The notes beneath the pieces were generated by a model. The model had not been told where the DNA came from, did not search any database, and saw nothing but the letters and a program-made list of their open reading frames with translations. DNA of 31,121 bases from contig CBFIGT010000014.1 of assembly GCA_965662175.1 (NCBI GenBank), forward strand, positions 1 through 31,121. The letters run 5' to 3'. This document shows positions 26,637 to 31,121 of this stretch, one piece after another. The stretch comes from Arcobacter sp. (GTDB lineage Bacteria; Campylobacterota; Campylobacteria; Campylobacterales; Arcobacteraceae). Position 1 is the stretch's first letter. Each line of letters starts with the position of its first letter. The position numbers and the translations under genes were made by a program.

Positions 26637-26655
26637 TTAACCCTTTTTAATAAAG

Positions 26656-26689
26656 CAAATATTTTACCACAAAGTTGGTAAAATATTTG
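26656..26689. repeat. Perfect 14-bp inverted repeat between dld stop and surA start (terminator and/or promoter element)
   Basis: CAAATATTTTACCA-CAAAGT-TGGTAAAATATTTG; each arm contains TGGTAAAAT (extended -10-like). Confidence 0.75.
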
Positions 26690-26708
26690 TTTGATGAGAG
26701 TTTAGATT

Positions 26709-29540
26709 CTATATTTTAGTAGATGTACATCTATTTACAAGGTATAAAATAGAGTTATAATCAAGTCCAGCTTCTTCACTTAATCCAATTTCACAAGTTT
26801 TAGATGTGGAGAATGCTAATTTAGCACCTTTTGTTTGCTCTTTTAAGCTTGATAAGGCTGATTTATTTAGTTCAGGGAAATTAAAACCTCTATCTCCTGC
26901 AAATCCACAACATTTTACATCGTTTGGTACAATTACCTCAGATGAACATAGTTTTGCTAATTTAATGAATTTTTCATGAAGTCCCATTTTTCTTGAGCTA
27001 CATGTACTATGAATAGTAATAGCTTCATCAATTCTTGTAAACTCTAATGTTGGAACTATACAATCTATACAAAACTCAATTGGCTCATATATTTTAATAT
27101 CACTAATAAAGCTCTCATGCATTTTTTTTGTACATGGGCTTGTGTCACATAAAACAGGATACTCTCCATTATTACTAGCTTTTATTAGTGCTTTTTCTAG
27201 CTCTATTGATTTTTGTTCTGCTTGTTTTTTGAAACCTTTTGATGAAAATGGCATTCCACAACATAACTCTTCAAGCTCTCTTGGTAAAATAATTTCAAAA
27301 CCAGCTTTTTGTAAAATCTCTATAGTTGTATCATATAGAGTTTTATCTTCTTGAGAAAAACTACTTTGTCCCATTGTTCTACTAATACATGAAGGGAAAT
27401 AAACTACTTTTTTATCACTTGATTTATTTGAGAATTTTTTATTTATTGACGTTCCACTTGGTAGAGTTGCACTCCATTTTGGTGTTCCAACTAAGTTTCT
27501 AAAGCCATTTGTCATTCCACCCATTATTGTAGTTCCTACAATATTATGAAATAAATTAGCACCTTTTAATCCAAATCTCATACCACTTAAGGTTTTTGAG
27601 AAATTATTTGCAATAAATGTGGCCATTTTATCTTGAGTTGGTGTAATTCTCTCATGTCTTAGATATTTTGTAAGTGCTCCTGTATCAATTCCTACAGGAC
27701 ATGAAGTTGAACATAAAGAACATGTGGCACAGGTTTCAAGTCCATCATAAACATAAGCTTCTTTAAGCTCTTTAGCTTCAGCTGTTTCTCCTAAAACTTC
27801 AAGTCTACTTATCTCTCTATTTAAAACAATTCTATGTCTTGGTGTAAATGTAATAGCATTTGATGGGCACATAGGCTCACAAAAACCACACTCAATACAA
27901 GTATCAACTAAATCATTTGTTGGAGGTAGTGGTTTTAGATTTTTTAAGTGTGCTTGAGGGTCATCATTTATAATAACACCTGGATTTAATATAGCTGTTG
28001 GGTCAAATAAGTTTTTAATTTCTACCATTAAATTTTTGGCAGTTTTCCCCCACTCTAACTCTATAAATGCAGCCATATTTCTACCTGTTCCATGTTCAGC
28101 TTTTAAGCTTCCTTGGTATTTTACAGCAACTGAATGAGTAACATCATTCATAAAATCATCGTATCTTTTCACCTCTTCATCATGATTAAAATCTTGAGTA
28201 AATACAAAGTGGAAATTTCCCTCAAGGGCATGACCGAAGATTAAAGCTTCGTCGTAATTATGTTTTTTAAATAAAGATTGTAACTCTAATGTAGCTTGAG
28301 ATAGTGATTCTATAGGATAAGCAACATCTTCAATAATAACAGTTGTTCCTATTTTTCTAACAGCACCAACAGCTGGAAATAGACCCTTTCTAATTTTCCA
28401 AAATAGTGTGTATTCCTCTTCTTTTGTTGTAAACTCTACATCTCTAACTGTTGAAAACTCTTTTAAAATAGATTCAATTTGTTCTGTTTGTTTTGATAAA
28501 TCATCTCTATTTTGGGCTCTTGTTTCTATTAAAAGTGCTGTTACTTCATTATCAAAATCTTTTAAGTATGAGGGCATTCCCTCTTTATTTTGAACAGATT
28601 TTAAAGCTTTGTTATCCATCAATTCAACAGCATCAACACTTATAGTTTTTGCATCTTTTGCTAATTTTATTTTTGAAACAGCTTTACAAGCCTCTTCTAT
28701 ATTTTTGAAAAATACTAAAGCACTAGCTTTATTTGGATAATCTTCAACAGTATTATATGTTATCTCTTCAATAAAGGCTAAAGTACCCTCACTTCCTATT
28801 ATCAAGTGAGATAAAATATCAAACTCATCTTCATAATCAATTAATGCATTTAATGAGTAACCACATGTATTTTTGATTTTAAATTTTCTTTCTATTAGTT
28901 TATGAAGCTCTTCATCTTTTTTTGTTCTGTTTGATAACTCTTTTAGCTCTTCTAAAAATTTGCCATGTTTTTTTCTAAATTTTGCTTTAGACTTTTCACT
29001 TGCTGTATCTAGTTTAGTTCCATCTGCCATAATTAGTTTGATTGATTTTAGAGTTTTATAAGAGTTTTGTGAAATTCCACAACACATACCTGAGGCATTA
29101 TTAGCAGCAATTCCTCCAATCATAGCTGCATTAATTGAAGCTGGATCGGGACCTATTTTTTTATTATACTCTTTTAAGATATTGTTAGCTTGTTCACCTG
29201 TTAGGGCTGGTTCTAAACTTATATAACTTTTATCATCAGCTAATTTAAAATTAGTGAATTTTCTTGATGTTATTATTAATATTGAATCACTAATTGCCTG
29301 ACCTGAAAGAGAGGTTCCAGCTGCTCTAAAAGTAAGCGGCAAATTTAAATGGTGTGCTTGTTTTATTAAAAATTGTACTTCATCTGCATTATCTGCTTTT
29401 ATTACTACTTTTGGTAAAAGTCTATAAAAAGATGCATCTGTTCCATAAGCTAAGATGTGAAGTTTATCTGTAAAGATTTGTTCTTTTTGAACTTTTTTTG
29501 AAACTCTATCAATAAACTCTAAATATTTTTCCTCTAACAT
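26709..29540 (-). CDS. dld: FAD-binding and Fe-S oxidoreductase, D-lactate dehydrogenase Dld-II type
   Basis: AYGTDASFYR, GTSLSGQA, GPDPAS, NNASGMCCG, KAEHGTGRN, two CxxCxxCxxxCP motifs, two CCG domains; 943 aa. Confidence 0.85.
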   Translation of the reverse strand: MLEEKYLEFIDRVSKKVQKEQIFTDKLHILAYGTDASFYRLLPKVVIKADNADEVQFLIKQAHHLNLPLTFRAAGTSLSGQAISDSILIITSRKFTNFKLADDKSYISLEPALTGEQANNILKEYNKKIGPDPASINAAMIGGIAANNASGMCCGISQNSYKTLKSIKLIMADGTKLDTASEKSKAKFRKKHGKFLEELKELSNRTKKDEELHKLIERKFKIKNTCGYSLNALIDYEDEFDILSHLIIGSEGTLAFIEEITYNTVEDYPNKASALVFFKNIEEACKAVSKIKLAKDAKTISVDAVELMDNKALKSVQNKEGMPSYLKDFDNEVTALLIETRAQNRDDLSKQTEQIESILKEFSTVRDVEFTTKEEEYTLFWKIRKGLFPAVGAVRKIGTTVIIEDVAYPIESLSQATLELQSLFKKHNYDEALIFGHALEGNFHFVFTQDFNHDEEVKRYDDFMNDVTHSVAVKYQGSLKAEHGTGRNMAAFIELEWGKTAKNLMVEIKNLFDPTAILNPGVIINDDPQAHLKNLKPLPPTNDLVDTCIECGFCEPMCPSNAITFTPRHRIVLNREISRLEVLGETAEAKELKEAYVYDGLETCATCSLCSTSCPVGIDTGALTKYLRHERITPTQDKMATFIANNFSKTLSGMRFGLKGANLFHNIVGTTIMGGMTNGFRNLVGTPKWSATLPSGTSINKKFSNKSSDKKVVYFPSCISRTMGQSSFSQEDKTLYDTTIEILQKAGFEIILPRELEELCCGMPFSSKGFKKQAEQKSIELEKALIKASNNGEYPVLCDTSPCTKKMHESFISDIKIYEPIEFCIDCIVPTLEFTRIDEAITIHSTCSSRKMGLHEKFIKLAKLCSSEVIVPNDVKCCGFAGDRGFNFPELNKSALSSLKEQTKGAKLAFSTSKTCEIGLSEEAGLDYNSILYLVNRCTSTKI

Positions 29541-29637
29541 TTTATTTCCTTTTTTATTTTCTATTTGTTAATTTAATAAAAAGTTCTTATTCAAGGCGAG
29601 GTACTGTGTAGATTCTTTGTTGGGGGTCGTTTATAAA

Positions 29638-29708
29638 AAAATACATAATGTCATGATGTTTTAAAATAATATTTGATAATAATCTTAAAAATCGTGACAT
29701 TGTATTTT
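29638..29708 (-). terminator. Long imperfect hairpin, probable terminator after TRAP dctM
   Basis: AATGTCATGAT (29647-57) / ATCGTGACATT (29691-701) plus flanking ATAC/GTAT and TTTTAA/TTAAAA pairs; U-run follows on the minus strand. Confidence 0.55.
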
Positions 29709-29712
29709 CTTT

Positions 29713-31062
29713 TTAGTTAGATATGCTCATTCCAAAAAACTCTGGATAGAAAGCAACTATGGCTAATACTATAATTTGTATTGCAATAAATGGTAAAACA
29801 CCTTTATAAATTTGCATTGTCCTCACACTTGCAGGTGCACAACCTTTTAAGTAGAAAAGGGAGAATCCAAATGGTGGGGTTAAAAATGATGTTTGTAAAT
29901 TCATAGCAATTAATATTGCAAACCAAACAGGGTCAATCCCTAATGTTTGTGAAACAGGAATTAATATTGGAACAATTATATATGAAATTTCAATAAAGTC
30001 AATAAAGAAACCTAAAACTAAAATTGCTAACATTGTAAATAAAATGAATCCCCATTTTTCATCACCTGGAAGATTTAACATGAAGTGTTCAACAACCTCT
30101 TCTCCACCTGTATATGAAAATACCATAGAAAAAGCAGTTGCACCTATTAAAATACCAAACACCATAGATGTAATTTTTACAGACTCTAAAGCAGCTTCTC
30201 TAACCATTCCCATTGTAAATGTTCTATAAAGTAATGCTAAACCAATTGCTCCTAAACAACCAACAGCAGCTGATTCTGTAGGTGTTGCAACACCTGCAAA
30301 AATAGAACCTAAAACTAAAACAATAAGTGTTAAAGATGGAATAATATCAATTAATGCTTTTTTAACTTGTTTAGATTTACTTCCTCTATTTGGGTCAGAT
30401 GGAATTGCAGGTGCCATATCTTTGTTAAAATATGATACAACTAATATAAATATAATATAAGCAGCAACAAGGGCTAATCCAGGTCCAACAGCTGAAGCAA
30501 AAAGGTCACCAACTGGTACTTGAAAAACATCCCCTAAAATAATTAAAACAATTGATGGAGGAATAATTTGTCCTAATGTTCCTGAAGCACATATTGTTCC
30601 AGTTGCAAGTGGCACATTATATTTATACTTCATCATAACAGGTAAGGAAATAACTCCCATAGCAACAACAGATGCTCCAACAACTCCTGTTGAAGCTGCT
30701 AATAAAGTACCAACTAAAACAGTTGAAATCGCAACTCCACCTCTAATCTCTCCAAATAAAAATCCCATAGATTCAAGAAGTTTTTCAGCAAGTCCAGTTT
30801 TTTGTAAAACAATTCCCATAAAAATAAACATTGGAATTGCCATAAGAATTGTATTTTGTTGAATAGCATAAATTCTAAAAGGCATATAATCAAACATCAA
30901 TATACCCTCATAAATACCTTCCCAAAGTCCAGCATCAAGACCCATTTCAACAATACCTGCAATAATTCCAAAAAACACTGAAACAGCAGCAAATGTAAAT
31001 GCAACAGGAAATCCAATCAGCAGCATAAATAGCGCTGTAAAGAACATAATTATACCAATCAT
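29713..31062 (-). CDS. dctM: TRAP transporter large permease subunit
   Basis: GFPVAF, AIPMFIFMG, ASGTLGQIIPPSI, GVATPTESAAVG, QTSFLTPPFGFSLFYL; about 12 TM. Confidence 0.92.
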   Translation of the reverse strand: MIGIIMFFTALFMLLIGFPVAFTFAAVSVFFGIIAGIVEMGLDAGLWEGIYEGILMFDYMPFRIYAIQQNTILMAIPMFIFMGIVLQKTGLAEKLLESMGFLFGEIRGGVAISTVLVGTLLAASTGVVGASVVAMGVISLPVMMKYKYNVPLATGTICASGTLGQIIPPSIVLIILGDVFQVPVGDLFASAVGPGLALVAAYIIFILVVSYFNKDMAPAIPSDPNRGSKSKQVKKALIDIIPSLTLIVLVLGSIFAGVATPTESAAVGCLGAIGLALLYRTFTMGMVREAALESVKITSMVFGILIGATAFSMVFSYTGGEEVVEHFMLNLPGDEKWGFILFTMLAILVLGFFIDFIEISYIIVPILIPVSQTLGIDPVWFAILIAMNLQTSFLTPPFGFSLFYLKGCAPASVRTMQIYKGVLPFIAIQIIVLAIVAFYPEFFGMSISN

Positions 31063-31121
31063 TTAGAATCTCCTATATGTTTTTCTTTATCTTTTAAATG
31101 ACAAACTAACTCATTTTTAAG
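31059..31121 (-). CDS. 3' end of upstream gene, probably TRAP small permease (truncated by window)
   Basis: Open frame LKNELVCHLKDKEKHIGDSK* ends in an ATGA overlap with the dctM start; identity inferred only from TRAP operon order. Confidence 0.45.
   Translation of the reverse strand, partial: LKNELVCHLKDKEKHIGDSK

Noticed and set aside
4146..30229. Other short ORF-track entries opposite real genes (4146, 11630, 12015, 12345, 19187, 19955, 20808, 27142, 28408, 30044)
   Set aside because: All lie antisense to confidently identified genes, with Ser/Phe/Ile-rich composition typical of reverse-frame artefacts.

Overview
AT-rich chromosomal window. Gene content and signatures (purB-nrdA-nrdB order, HQWRQPL kinase H-box, gatB-gpsA order) point to a Campylobacterota, most likely a diazotrophic Arcobacteraceae member; this taxonomy is inference. 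The window opens with the tail of a nitrogen-fixation cluster (partial Rop-like/CCE_0567 gene, BFD-like Fe-S protein, 13-repeat LRR protein, minimal nifQ). Next come housekeeping and accessory genes: RluA-type synthase, purB, class Ia nrdAB, AbrB-family membrane protein, stand-alone trpB, cytochrome c, OmpA-domain protein, LMW-PTP, nitrilase-family hydrolase, PMM/PGM, a cytochrome c peroxidase plus PAS kinase pair, proA, trxA, two HxlR regulators around an AcuI/YhdH reductase, an atypical receiver, FetB-like permease, gpsA, gatB, SurA-like chaperone, Dld-II-like dehydrogenase and TRAP permease genes. No CRISPR, rRNA, canonical tRNA or transposase was seen. Two unannotated loci stand out. (1) A small basic PBECR/RelE-like candidate nuclease gene after nrdB is abutted by a GC-rich, closed-stem ~110-nt element that appears to be transcribed convergently from its own promoter, a candidate protein-toxin/structured-RNA-antitoxin module. 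(2) A 36-aa hydrophobic small ORF after nifQ has its Shine-Dalgarno in a hairpin, and the anti-SD can alternatively pair perfectly with a site about 230 nt downstream, a candidate type I TA-like RNA switch. Both interpretations are by-eye inferences that need computational and experimental tests.
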